DNA of 64,000 bases from Callorhinchus milii (Eukaryota). Where the stretch lies: NCBI RefSeq assembly GCF_018977255.1, contig NW_024704742.1, positions 123,382,001 to 123,446,000 of the forward strand, read 5' to 3'. A model generated the notes under the pieces. It made no database searches. It was not told where the DNA came from and saw only the letters and a list, made by a program, of their open reading frames with translations. The position numbers and the translations under genes are program-made. This document shows, one piece after another, positions 13,901 through 28,900 of the stretch. Within the stretch, counting starts at the first letter, position 1. Every line of letters starts with the position of its first letter.

Positions 13901-16900
13901 TTGAGGTGTTGTTCTCTTGAGATGAAAGGCACTACACCAATTGCAAGGATTATTATTATTATTATTTTGTAATTTACATTGGAACAATCTTGTTTTGCCC
14001 TCAGGATCAATCTCAATCTCAATATTCTCTCTATTAAACATATCTAAGTTTGCAGTGTAGGCTGACCCTCCAGTGCAGTGCTGGGGGGATACCTGCTTTG
14101 TCAGAGGTGCCATCCTTTTGATGAGACACTAAAACAAAGGTTCCGTCTGCCTGTTCAAGTGGACATTAAAGATCCCGTGGATAGATCTGTTTAATTTCAA
14201 TTTCATTCCATTTTAACCTGCAGGAGGTGGGGGTATGTGATGCTAATGGAATCATCCTAGGATACAGAGTGCAAGTAAAAGAAAAGAGGAATCAGTCAGT
14301 GATACAGCTTAATACGACAAAACTGGAACACATTCTTGTTCTCTCAGGAAAAGCATATACAATAACTATTATTGCCTTCAACTCAGCCGGGGAATCCCCT
14401 GAGTCAACCCTGACCGTGCCCGCAGCTCACCAAGGTATTTAAACTTTGTAAAAAAAAATATTATTGTAATATTAGTTTAATTTTAGTTAAATATTATTTC
14501 AATGAGTGAATCTAAATAATATCTTTTCCAAACATATCCCTTTTTGGATGCACAAGCCACATTTTATTTATCTTCAAGTAAGATGTTATTCTTCACATGA
14601 CTGCACAAGATCACAGATTAGTTTGGATGAAGAAGGCCCTTCGGCCCATCTGGTCTCATCCTTCCAGAACAGCCACCCTACCATCCTTTCATCACAGGAT
14701 CTAGCTGTTGTTCTTAAATGAGCCAAGTATCCTGGCCTCAATCACCCTTCCTGGAAACATGTTCGTAAACTCAGTCAATGGAAAAAAGAATGGTATCTGT
14801 ACTTCCTCCACTTAGAGTCATCAATAACAAACTAAGGAATGTTTGAAGGAAAGTATTGACATTACAACAGGGTGCAGTATAGGACATGTCATGAGTTGGT
14901 ACACAGGGTGTCCTGAACAAAGGACAAAAGCCAGCAGCATCATGTTCTTTCAAGCTTAAGATAATAACCTTTGATAACAAGATTACGCCACAGTGACCGC
15001 CACTGTCAGAAAAAGCTGCTCAAAAATAGGCAGAATGCTCTTTGCCGCAAGAAACAGGGATCAGAACAAAAAAAACACTTATTTGTTTGTAGAAAAAATC
15101 TAAATCTAAATAGACCGGAACCTTGCATCTTGTTTGAGCCTCAACTATCCTTTCTAGTCCAGATCCGTGCCATGACTCACTTGTCTTCCCCCACCTCCGC
15201 AACATCGTCTGGCTCCACCACTGTCTCACACCCCGGGTCACTGAAACCCTCATACATGCATTCATAACATCCAGGCTTGACTATGCAAACTCCCTGCTTG
15301 TCAGCCTCACCAACTCCTCCCTCGATAGGCTGCAGATCATCCAGAACTCTGCAGCCTGTGTCCTCTCCCGCATTAGGCTCCGCAACCCTATCACCCCCAT
15401 CCTCTCCCGACTCCACTGGCTTCCCATCACACAGAGGATACAGTTCAAGTTCCTGGTCCTCACCTTCAAAGTCCTCCATGGCCTTGCTCCTCCTACATCT
15501 GCGACCTCCTAAACCCTCTCCTACCTGCCTGTTCCCTCCGCTCAGCGGGCTCTGGCCTGCTTCATGTCCACTGCCTTGCCCGCCCCACCATTGGCAGGGA
15601 GGCCTTCTGCCACTCTGCCCCTACCCTCTGGAACTCCATCCCGCAGTCCCTCCACCTCGACCTCTCTCCCTTGCCTCCTTCAAGTCCCGTCTCAAGACCT
15701 TCCTCTTCGACTGACTATCGATCACCCTGCTTCCCCCCCAGCCCTTCACCCTCCCCAATCCTGAATCTCAGCTCGGGTCCAAAACTCTGTCCAGCGCCTT
15801 GGGATGGCCTCCCGAAGTGAAAGGCGCTATATAAATGTAATTTTGTTGTTGTAAAATAACAAGTGAGCAGGTCTACTCCACTTTTTTGATGAAGATTCAT
15901 TGTATCGTCCACAAAAAAGTTTCTCTAAAGAAAACAGTTAAACGCAGTCTTGCATGGACTTTACATCATCCACGGACACTGTACAACAACTTCAACAACA
16001 ACTTGCTTTTATATAGCGCCCTTCACACAGGGTAGCTTCCCAGAGCACTTCCTGTATCAATGGTCACGCCAATGATTTGAATATTTAATACCTTATTTGT
16101 TTTTTTAAGTAACCAAATTTGCCCATGTAACACACATTTAAATTTGCCCATATAACACACATTCAGTGCTTTTCCAGGGGTAATAATTCCTTCAAAAAAA
16201 TAATAACAATAATAAATAGGTCACTCAATCCACAACTGTTTGTAGGACACTGCTGTGTGCAATTGGCTGCCGTGTTTTGCCCACAAAATATACAATCAAT
16301 TCACTTTACAGTTCATTCTGTGAAGCGCTTTGAGACACATCAAAGACGTCTTAAGGGACTATATCAAATGCAAGGATTATTATTATTATTATTATTATTA
16401 ATATAAAGGCACCCTTTCAGGATTCAAATCACATTTGAACTGCTTTCACAAACCAAACAACCAAAAACAAAACTGATCTTAATAAAAACGAAGTTTGAAC
16501 ACATGGTTCATTTAAGTACTGTTGCAAGAGTAGTTCAGATAAGGGGAACCCTTCAACTCATTTGATCTCTTCCTTCTAGGACAAAAATGATCTCAGCATG
16601 GACCACTGGGGTGATTCATATAATACTCTCCTCCCTCACCCATATTATATTGACTAGTCAAGTCCTGTAGCTCAGTGATTAGAGCACTCGCCTCACAAGC
16701 AAGAGACCTGGGTTTGATTCCCGGCAGGGTGAAATGTTGGGCAAGTTTCCTTACTCCACACGTCTCTATTTGCCTAGCAGTAAGTAGGAACCCGGTTGTT
16801 AGTCGATTGGTGGATCGCTTTTCTGAGGGTAATAATTCCTTAAAAAAATCAATAATAATAAATTGGTCACTTCAATCCACAACTGTTTGTGGGACACTGC

Positions 16901-19900
16901 TTTGTGCAGTCATCTGCCTGGTTTCGCCCACAAAATATTCAATCAATTCACTTTACAGTGTATCCTGTGAAGCGCTTTGAGACGTCTCGAAGATGTGATA
17001 AGGTGCTATATCAAATGCAAGGATTATTATTATTTATTATGATTAGCTCCTACTACAACTACTTTTTCCCTCTTTCTCTTCAGTAACCCAGTAATTAAGG
17101 TGTATGGCTTATTCTTGGCATACACTCACAGTTGGTAAAGGAGCCACTTGTGTGGCACTTTATCAAAGGCCTTTTGGAAGTAAAGGTGCAATACACCAAT
17201 TTGGGATGTTACATCCTCAAACAAATTCTTTAAAGTTTGTTGGCTGAGTTTTATTCCTTTTGAAACAGTATTAGCTGTCATTTATTAGGGTATTTCCATA
17301 CAGGAGCTCTTCAATTAGTTGATTAAACAATAATTAATATTGATTATATTTGTCTTCTGGTGATTTGATCATGGGGTAATATGTGCAATTGTGGCTCAAT
17401 ACAATTTACTATTTACATAACGTCTCCCATATCAGAAAGACGTCTCAAAGCACCTCAGGCGCTGACACCATCAGCATCCAAGGCTGCACTCTCCACCTCT
17501 CAAAGCCAGTCAGGAACCTCGGCGTTTTGTTCGACCCTGAGCTGTCCTTTCTCCCTCACATCCGCACCACAACTGGCACCGCCTTCCATCACCTCCGGAA
17601 CATCGCCAGACTACGGCATTACCTCACCCCTCACGCTGCTGAAACCCTGGTTCACGCCTTTGTCACCTCAAGGCTGGACTATGGGAACTCTCTCCTCGCC
17701 GGCCTTCCCGCCACCTCCCTCCACAGGCTGCAGGTCATTCAGAACTCTGCAGCTCGTGTACTGTCCCGCACCAGGCTTCGGGACCACATCACTCCCACCC
17801 TCGCTCGCCTCCACTGGCTCCCCATCCCCCAGAAGATTGATTTCAAGATCCTCATCCTCACCTACAAGGCCATTCACGGCCTTGCTCCCTCCTACCTCTC
17901 CAACCTACTATCCCCCTACCTACCTGCCCGTACCCTCCGTTCCTCTGGCTCCGGTCTGCTCCACGTCCCCCGCCCCAACCGCCTTACCATCGGTGGTCGG
18001 GCCTTCAGCCTCTCAGCCCCCAGGCTCTGGAACTCCATCCCCCAGTGCCTTCGCCTTGCTTCCTCCCTTTCCTCCTTCAAGGCCGGTCTCAAAACTTTTC
18101 TCTTTGACCGAGCCTTCAGCTCCCCTCTCGACTCTCTTCCCACTCCTCGCTCCCTCCCTTCCCTCCCCTCACCCTGACCATTTCCCCCCTTGCTCGGGTC
18201 ATAACCCAACTGTGCAGCGCCTTGGGACGTCCTGACGTGAAAGGCGCTTTATAAATGGAATCTTGTTGTTGTTGTTGCTGTTGTTTTACACTGCTGCTGG
18301 ACATCCAAGTTGTGGGTGGGAGCCAATGGGGTGGGGAGGGGAAAGATGACCAAAAGGGCAGTGAAAGAGGTAGGTCTTGAGATGGGCCATGAAAGAGGGG
18401 AGGGAGATAAGGACTCGGAGGGATTCTGGGATGGAGTCACAGAGAATCGGGGCTGAATTGCTGAGCCCCTGGCCATTGATGGTGGGACGGAGAGAGTGGG
18501 ATTCTGTAACCTGGAAAGCTAAGCTAAAATAATGGGAACTTACAGATGCCGTTTGTTGTAGCAGAGCAGTACAATCACTATTGTGATGGAAAAGAAACTC
18601 CTACGATCGCTTCAATTTCTCCCTTAGCAACAAAAAAATTAAATGTTCAATCTGTAAATACAAAGTGTAACACTTTCAGAACTACAATAATAGTCTGCGG
18701 GAAGAATATGCGCAGTTGCTGCGTGCAAATTGGCTGCCTCATTCACCTACAAAATACACAGTTACTACACTACCGTATTTTCTGTAAAGTGCATTAAGAT
18801 GTCCTCCAACATGAAAGGTGCTACATAAAATGATATTATTATTACCTACACATATGTACCCACAACAAAACTCGCTAAATAATAACTAGGATCAGGAATC
18901 TTGTGCTAATCAATAAACTGAACACAGATTGAATACTGTGTCTCCTTAAGGAAAAAAAACAAATCCATTCTAAATTTTATTTGGATTCTACACATCTTTA
19001 GAATATCTTGTATCAGGAAATGCATCTTAAATTGATTTAAATTCTGTATATTATTTCCGAATGGAACCTGGTCTAAGATTGAATTTTGTTTCCTCGGGAT
19101 AAATTGTTTTTGAATTGTTGTACCTTTAGACCTGGTCATCTCTATGTATGTCATTGGCTGCCAGGGAGCCTGAATAATGTAACCAATTAGGTCAAGTTTT
19201 CTTCCTAGAAGTTCCAATTTGTATTGTGTCAGTATCAATGAGCATTGCTTCATTGACTGTATAACTGGTATTTTTCACGGCTCATTGAATTTTGTTGTAG
19301 AACTTCTCACTTAGAAGTTTTTGCGTGGAACTAAATGAGCAGCGAAAAACATATAAATTAAAACATACCCTCACTTTAATTCGACAGACAAGTGCAATAC
19401 TCAGGGATCGCATTGGTCCATGAAGCATGAATTGGGCCTATTCTACTGCCAAAAAGTGGACACCAAATTAAATAGGTTTACATTACTGTATGCTTTATAT
19501 TTTAGCTCTGACGTGGTATTCGTTGTTGAATGCTGTAATTCAATTTTGTTTGATGTTTGTAGGAGAACTTGCACCAGTACAAAACATCAGTGCTTCTCCG
19601 TATGGTGATCAGTTGGTAGTGGAGTGGAAGTCTCCAAGTTCCACTGTAAATGGTTACGTAATTGAATGGTGTCTGGCTGAACTGGACAATGATCAATGTA
19701 GTGAGCAGGTGCATTGGAGATATGAACACAATACCACTGAACAGGCATTTGTACATGGTAAGTACTTCATAATGGCAAATAATTAATAACATCAACAACT
19801 CGCATTTATTTAACGTCCTTCACATAGGTCTGAGGCCGAGCAAAGGAAGAGATAGGCCATAGTTCTGGTGAAGAGATAGGCTTTTAGATGGAATTTGAAG

Positions 19901-22900
19901 ATGTGTAGGGAAGGACGAGACAGTGGGGAAGAGAGAGGGAGTTCCAGAGATTAGGAGAGTATTTGGTGAAGCCTCAGTCACTGATGGTGGCATAGAGGAG
20001 GTGGGGAATGCAAAGTTATCCCAAATTAACCAAGAGGAGGAAGTGAGCAGTAACGTGAGGTGACAGAAGGTCACAGAGATAGGGAGGTGCTCAGGTGTGA
20101 AGGGATTTATTGGGGAGACTGAGGGTCTTGAAGTCAATCTAGGAAATAGGGAGCCAATGGAGCCTGGCGAGGACGGAGCATGTTGATGGGTGTGCAGAGT
20201 TGGTGCGAGTGAGAATGCAGGCAGTGGAGCTTTGCCACCACTCCACTCCACACCACAGCAAAGCCTTTTTAATCCTCTCCAATGTTGGTATTTCATCTGG
20301 TGAATTGCATAGGTCATGATACATTACCAGAATTAGTAACTTAACCTCAATCTGTTTCTTCCGCAGAAAACATTGTGCCATTAAGGTGCTATAAGATAAC
20401 AGTTTATCCTCTATATAGTGATGGTCCTGGAGCTCCAGTTTCCATAAAAGCATACCTACAACAGGACTGTAAGTAAAGTCTAATAACATCACCCTGAAAA
20501 CTTTGGTAGGTGTCAGCCTGGCTCAATTGGTAGTAGCACTCTTGCCTCTGAGTCAGAAGGTTGTGGGTTCAAGGCCAATGTTGGCTCCTTGAGCCATGAT
20601 CATCATATTGAGCCAATCGTGGCAGGCACAGTCACATCATAAAGTCTAATTCACTACCATTAATCAATAGAAGGCCAGACATTCCAACTTGTGTTACCTG
20701 GTAAGATCATTTCTCTTAAAATGCAAGATCTCAGAAAATTGTGCAACGTTCTTCAATTCCATCTTAATATTGAAGTTGATTTTTCACAGATCTTGAAAAA
20801 AATGAGCTGTCAAATTAAAACTTGAATCTAAGAATGTTTCACAATTTCTACACAGTAAGACAAAATGGTCTTAACACCAACAACTTGCACTTATATACCA
20901 CCCTTTACGCAGGGCAGCATCTCGCAGTCTTACAGCCTAAGACTAGGTGGAATTGCAGGCTTTATATCTGTAAATGACTAGTTTACATTTTTCTTTTTCT
21001 TGCCTCTGAAGGTAGTGACATATGCTGAGCAGCAGATAAACGGTGCGAACGGTAGTAAAATTTTATCCTCTTCTCTCACCTTTTTTCAGGTCCAGCTCAA
21101 GGTCCAATAGTTCATCTGAAGAAGGTGGGAAAAACTGATGCGGAGTTTCAATGGGATGTGATTCCAGTAAAAGAACAGCGTGGTTTCATCACCAATTATA
21201 CCATATTTTATAAGAATCACAGTGGACATGGACATGCATCAAGTAAGTTTACCTTACTTATTATTGCTTCTGATATGAAACATTCATTATACTGCATGAT
21301 ACAGAGTCCTGTAGCTCAGTGGTTAGAGCACTAGCCTTGCAAGTGAGAGACTTAGGTTTGATTTTCAGCAGGGCGAAATGTTGGGCAAGTTTCCTTACTC
21401 CACACGCCTCTGTTTACCTAGCAATAAGTAGGAACCCAGTTGTTAGTCAATTGGCGGATCGCTTTTCCGGGGGTAATAATGTCTTAAAAAAAATTGGTTA
21501 CTTCAATTCATGACTGTTTAAGGGACACTGCTGTGCGCAATTGGCTGTCGCATTGCACCCACAAAATATACAGTCAATTCACTTTACAGTATATTCTGTG
21601 AAGCGCTTTGAGATGTCTCAAAGATGTGATAAGGCGCTATTCAAATGCAAGGATTATTATTATACTTACAACTGTAGTTGAGTTGTAACTGACCGAGCTG
21701 AAACACTGACCGCTGATTGTGGATTAGGCAGGGCGGTAAAGCAAGCCAGTTCTACTTAGCAGAGGGAGGGTTGGAAGGGTTTTAAACCCTAGGATTTAAT
21801 TTTCAAGCAGGGCAGAAACAAATGGTGGCATGTTTGCAGGCAATACCAAATTGAAGGGGGTTGCTAATACAGTAACAGAAGATACATAGACAGAATACAG
21901 ACATATCTGGATCGATTAAGGAGTTGAGCTGAAAAGTGGTAATTGTTTAATGTTGATAAATGTATGAAACTGGAACAAGCAATAACTGGTGGGGATATGA
22001 GATGAGAAGTAGAACATAACCCAGCAAAAGGATCTTGCAACTTGCTCTCTGAAACATTTAACATAATGTGTGTGTGGCAGAAAAAAGGTAGGCAAGCTAG
22101 ACTTTAATGCATTTAACTAAAAGAGAGAGATAGGTTGTAGGACGTAATGATTGAATTATACAATGCAGTCATGATTCTTCACCAGAAACCAAAATTCCAC
22201 CTGATCTTCATTTTTAAGACCATTTTGTCTTAAATGACAAGATAGCTCAGAATTGCGTAAAATTTCTAAATTCAGTCTCAATTTGCAAGCCTGTCTTTTG
22301 TAAGAACTGCAGAAAATTGGTTCCCAAGTTAAAACTGAATTGAAGAATTTTCCATGATCTTAAATTTTAAGACAAAATGGTCTCTTATCCGACTAAATCT
22401 ATTCAAGGCAAATCTGGTGTCCAGGCGGCATTGCCTTTAGTAGAAGCAAATAATCGTACAGATTTAAAAGGAAATTAGATTTCTGATGGCAGTGAGGGTT
22501 GAGAGCTATGACAAATATAATAAATGGGAGCAGCCAAGTGGATCATAATAATCTTTTCTTGTCTTGTGTACGTTATGTCATGTACGTTTAGGTAATTAAA
22601 GAACAACTCGAGGTGACCATTACTCTACTTAGCTGTTATTGATGTGCAGTGGGTCATCAGATGGCCTATGTAAAAAAATTCCATTATTTATTTTAATTTT
22701 TATTCTGGCATGTTTTCTGTTCAGATACAGTTCAGCAATTGCATCTCCATGGGTATTTATCAATGAGACATGGCATGGAACCTGCCATGAGCTGCAAGTG
22801 ACAAGTGTCCAAGCGGTCTGATTTCTTCCACAAGGATGAAATCAAATGGGAAAGTCTTTATGACTGCCAACCCGCAGGATGCCACTCTCCTTTTAAATGC

Positions 22901-25900
22901 TAGTGATAATCCCATATTGTGGCTCCAAGGACATATGGAATATTAAATGCCGTTATTAATGTTATCTAGTGGAGCTTTCACACATTTTGCTCCCATTGTC
23001 CAGAAATCTTTCCCTAAACCCCTCTGCTTCTCTCACTGCCTCTCTGCTTTCAAAACTTTTTTTTTGTCAAGTATTTTGTTTCAATCAGATTATGAAGATG
23101 CAAACACACGCGATGATTGCATGTGACCAGTAACGGAATTGCAGATTGTTCAATTTGCGAAAAGTTATCTCGTAAATTGTTTCCTTCAATGTAAACCAGT
23201 GTGTTATTTAGAACACTGTGGAAGCAGTTAGTTCCTCTTTCAACCGAACAACAACACTTTTTTNCAATCTGGTTTGAAAGGAAATGATTGCAATTGGCAA
23301 CATTTCCAAAGCTTGTCAGTTCCAGTAAATTATAAATCCCGTTCACATAAATCACAGCACCATATCATCTTCTTGGTTTCCTATCCACTTGATAACCGTA
23401 AGACCATAAGCCGTAGGAGCAGGAATAGGCCATCCAGCCCCTTGAGGCTGCCTCCCATTTAATAAGGTCATGGCTGATCTTCTAACCTAATAGCATTTAC
23501 CCGCCCATATCGTTTAATCCCTCTATCCTTTTCATGTTATTTCATTTATGAAAGTGTGCATAATTCTAAGGAGCATTATATAGGCTTTTATCAATGGTCA
23601 TCTAAAGAGCATAGATGTTATAAAGATTAGGCATCTTAGAAGCAAAATTCATCATTCACAAATCTAGAAATATTTGAGGAAACAACTAAATTGGTTTGCG
23701 TGGGTTTCCACATTCCAGTAAATTATGTGAAGCACTGTGAACCATTTCAGCAACACATTAAAGAGCTATATCAAATTCAAGGATTATTTATTAAATTTAT
23801 TATCAAATATGACTCAGGCTCCTGGAGCCAGAAAGTCTTAGGCTAAAAGAGCTTTTTGTCTTAAAATTTAAGTTTGAGCAGATTTGTGGAAAGTTCTGAA
23901 ATTCTTTAAGAACAGCAGAAAGCCAGCTTCCTAATTTCAGGCCCCAAAACTTAATGGTATATCAGCCAACTGGATCATTTGATTGTCTAAATGTATACCT
24001 AATATTTGTAGCATCCAATATCATTCTCAGACATATTTTTCCTGTTAATTTTGAAGATGTTAATAGATACAGCGTCACCTGGGAAGTAATCTCTGTGGAG
24101 ATGAGTTGATGACACGGTGACTTGCTTGGCAATGGAATATTAGAATCGAGTCAAACCACTGTGGTAGTCTTGGTTGTCTGGTTCCTTAGCCAAGCAGTCC
24201 ATAACTAACGTGTATAGCCTCCAATACCATTCTCAGACAGTGTTAATCCATTTATTTGTAGTGCTCCAGAGCAATGCTGTTAACAGATCACCCAGCCTGA
24301 CTCATCATCAGGACTTGGATGGGTAGATCTTTGTTGTAATCACATTTAAAAGCATAGAAACCTGTGACTCAGTAGGCCATTGTAATAATGCCCAGGTTTG
24401 CTCCTCCAATGAAATCACGATCAATCTTAATGCTGCTGGCATCCAGAAGACCTGTGTACATCATGGATAGGAAGCCAGCAAGTTAGAGCAGTAGCAGGAA
24501 GTGTACTGAAGTGCTTTGATACGTCTCAAAGACTTGATAAGGCGCTGTATCAAATGCAAGGATTAATATTATTATTATTATTGCTTGGCAGTAGGTCCTA
24601 TATTGTAACGAAACCCATTGTATACTATAATGTGGTCAGACTATAGTTGCTTATATTCTTGTGCACACCTTTTTGCAGATGTGACTGTTGACTCAGCAAG
24701 TCGGAAATACATGCTGACTAATCTAAGAGCTGATACCTTGTACCAAGTGCATGTTATGGCATCTACCGCAGAGGGAGGCACTAACAGTATCCCCATCGTT
24801 TTCAAAACATTACAATTTGGTAAGTAGGAAATTGGATAGATTTCTTTTAGGAAATAATACCTTGGGATATAGTATATAGTTTGCGACATGGCATGTGACT
24901 GCCAGGATGGTGGATGGACCTTGGGCAAGCAATTCTTCGAAGAGGAAGGTCTTGAGAAGAGGCAAGGAAGGGAGGGAGTGAGGCGAAGGGACTGTGGAAT
25001 GGAGTTCCAAAGGGTGGGATCAGAGAGGCTGAAGGCCTGACCGCCAATGGTGGGGCAGACCTGACGGGGAACATGGAGCAGGCCAGAGTCTGCTGAGCGG
25101 AGGGAGCCGACAGATTGATATGGCGTTAGCAGATCACAGAGATAGGAGCAAGACTGTGGAGGGCTTTGAAGGAGATTTTTGACTCAAAAATACATTCCAT
25201 TTCACTGTAATTCCTATGAAGCGCTTTGAGGCATCCTCCCACCTTGAAAGATGCTACACCAAATGCAAGGATTAATAATAAAATATCAAGGAAAAAACAT
25301 GAAACAAGGTATAAGTCACACTGCTCCTGATACCATTTTCTCATTTACACTAAAGTTGACTGACAAATTTTAGCTATTGTATGACACTTTCCAAATAAAA
25401 TGAAAACACTTGCCACTCAGAGCTTGAACAGTTTTCAATGTTATTGCAGGCTCACAGCCTCCTCTCTCTCCCCACTATCAATCCTTTCTGCTATATGTCC
25501 TCCCATTCAACAACAACAACAACAACAAGAAGATTGCATTTATAGAGCGCCTTTCACGTCGGGAGGACGTCCCAAGCGCTGGACAGTTGGGTCGGGACCC
25601 GAGCAGGGGGGAAATGGTCAGGGTGAGGGGAGGGAGGAAGCGAGGAGGGATTAGAGAGTCGAGAGGGGAGCTGAAGGCACGCTTGAAGAGAAAGGTCTTG
25701 AGACTGGCCTTGAAGGAGGAAAGGGAGGAAGCAAGGCGAAGGCACTTGGGGATAGAGTTCAATCTTCTAGGTTACAGTATTTTTATTTACATCCTCTGTT
25801 TTACATCTAAACTTATACAAAGGTCAGCTGATTTACATCTGAAAAATTATGCAACAAGCGAGATACACTGATAGATGTAAAATAACAAGCACAGCATCAA

Positions 25901-28900
25901 TATCTGGCATTGGCAACCTTCCCTTGTGGAGTCCTGTAGCTCAGTGGTTAGAGCACTCGCTTTGCAAGTTCAATTCCAGGCAGGGCGAAACCTTGGGCAA
26001 GTTTCCTTACTCCACACGCCTAATAATAATCCCTCCAAAAAAACAAAAACAATAATTAAATTGGTCATTTTCAATCTACGACTGTTTGTGGGACATTGCT
26101 GTGCGCAATTGGCTGCCGCGTTCGCCCACAAATATACAGTCAATTCACTTTACAGTGTGTTCTGTGAAGCGCTTTGGGACGTCCTCCCGACGTGAAAAGC
26201 GCTATATCAAATGAAAGGATTATTATTATTATTATTCCCGGGAGGATTGAACTCTGTAAAAATAGTAAAAACATGTAGATATCTGACTCATGTGGAAAAC
26301 CATACTTAAGAATATCCAAACCATATTGAGAGTTTCATACATTCATGCCACCTACGCATGGAAATTTTCCTGTGTCTTGAATGTATTGCACACTCTGTTT
26401 CTGAAGGAACACACCCGCTTACACAATTCTGAAAAGTATTAGGCATAGGTTGATGAAGGCCAAGACTTGGCAGTGCCAGAATGTGCGTGGGGTAGCAATC
26501 AAAAAATGTGCGTGAGAATACTGACTGACAAATTTCCTGCTGCTTGTTTAGCTGGGACCACACCCAATCAATAGGGATTTGGTTTAAAGATTAACTGGAG
26601 CCAATTGGGAAGAATTCCATTCCCAGTGACTGGTCTTTCTATCTAAGTCCTGTGGCTAAGCCAAGCAAGTTGGTATGGCATCAACGGTGCCTTGGAGTTA
26701 AAGCTTGCAATCCTGGTGCTCTTTCAGAATCCTGGGATTTCAGGATTTTAATGCCCCAAATTCCAGGATCCTGAATCTTACCTCGTCAAGGACGCCTGCA
26801 GACGTTTTCTGCACCAATGGGGGTACCTCAGAAAAGCTTTCTGCATGGGGAGGGCACCCGGAAATTTAAATACCCGCCCATCTGCTGCCACCAGCTAATC
26901 CTAACAGCAACGTGTGACCTGCTTCAGGTGGAGCAGGAAGACTTGCTTCCTTCTGCCCAGGTTAGGCCTTTATACAATACAGAAATCCCAGGATTTTGAG
27001 AGCACTATTCCCATCTGGGATCCTGGGATTGGGATTCCCAGGATTGCAACCCCTAGTTGGAGTACTATGGACTTGCTTGGCTCAGGAACTGAACTACCAA
27101 GGCTTACAACATTGCCACAGAGGGTTGTCTCAAATCTGATATTCTGTTCCCAAGGAAATCACCTGGACACAGCACAGCCCCGAGGAAACCCCACTTATCA
27201 TATGATTCCATCACTAGAATTTTTAGTACTTAGTATTAAATAGTATTTAGTACTTAGTATTAATTTTTTAGTACTTAGTATTGAATCTAAGTATTAAAGT
27301 CAAAGCTTTGTTGAGTTTTGCAGTTAACTGTGCAGCCATTGCTTTGTGTCTGTGAGTATAATGAGTTTGTCTTTCCATGTGTTTTTCAGCAAAAGGAGAA
27401 ACTGAAGCGATTGCAATTTGCATTTTCCTAGGAATCTTGTTCTTTGCTGCTTTATCCCTGTTTGTGTACTTTAAGCACAGGTAAATACCACTGATTGATG
27501 CATATTACAATGATAACTCGTTATCCATATTATTGGAGTTCTGCGGATTCACCGGAGTCAAAAACCAGACTACCAGACTGATACACAGGATAAACTCAAT
27601 CCCGATATTCCATTGCCATTTACCAGCTCAGCTCCAAGGAGATCCTGCTTTTATCCCCTTTCCCCTGGAGGATAGTTTAATTGAGAAGTTTTTTTTGAAA
27701 AAGAAATTCAGTAACTAATTAAGACTTAATTAGTTGCTTGCCTCCAAATCTGACTATCCAATGCCTTGGGATGTCCTCCTGACATGAAAGGCATGATACA
27801 AATGTAATTTTGTATTGTATTGTAAGACTGCATTTAAGATTTATCATCAATTCTGCCTGAATTTTATTTTGTGTTTTAAGATAAACTGGTATTACTGGCT
27901 AAAACTAATTGGAATTTTCAATCTGTAGTTTACAAAAGGATTAACACCAAATTCTTAGCTAGTTAATTATTCTTTTCTATTTCTTTAGAATTACAAAAGC
28001 CTCTGTTTCCAATATCCCAGATCCAGCAAATAGCATTCACTCTGCAAGTTCACCACAAAGTTCAGCTCTGGTAAGTTGGTTAAATAGAAATTTCAGCAGC
28101 AAAACTCAGAATTACATGTGTTGTAATGATACCTGAGTTTCATTATCAGGTGCTGACTCGTATATAGTTTCTGAGGCATCATAAAAAAATCTAGTGGCGA
28201 GTAGAATTGTCAGTTTGGCTTAGTTGGTAGCTATATTGCTTCTCAGTCAGACGTTGATGGTTGAAGCCTCACATTGGGACATAGATTGAGCGCATACTGA
28301 CTGTCGATCCAATGCAATCTGAGCGAGTGCTGAATTGTTGGAGGTGCTGTTCTCGTCTGACTTGAATGAGCCTTTGATTGGACAGATAGTTGCTTATCAC
28401 TCTTGACTTCATGAATATTCTACTGAGACTTTTAAGCAAGTAGACTGGATAGTGGTCAGATCTCCCAGATGATTTTTCTTCCTCTAACCCAGAGACACAA
28501 ACGACAATTCTATCATTGACATTATTTGTGAGATCGGTCAACCCAGCTATAGACTCGGGATCAAATTTAGGACTTTTTGTCTATGTGCTTAATATAAGGC
28601 CACATAGAACACCCATGTAGGCATGAGATGAACCATAAATTACTGTTACAGTTAACTTTATGATACCAATCAGGAAACTTGCTTTTGCAATCATTAGAGT
28701 CTGTTGGATTCTCATTTTTCCATTGCCAAACAATCACAAGTTTTATTACTGACCCTGAGTTACAACAAGGCTTGGTATCTCTCAGCTCCAAGGTATTCTA
28801 CTTGTGTTTGCAAGATAGCTGGAATATAAAAATAAGGAGCTGCTGCTCCAGTTATATAGAGTGCTAGTTAGACCTTATTTGGAGTTTTGGGCACTCAATC

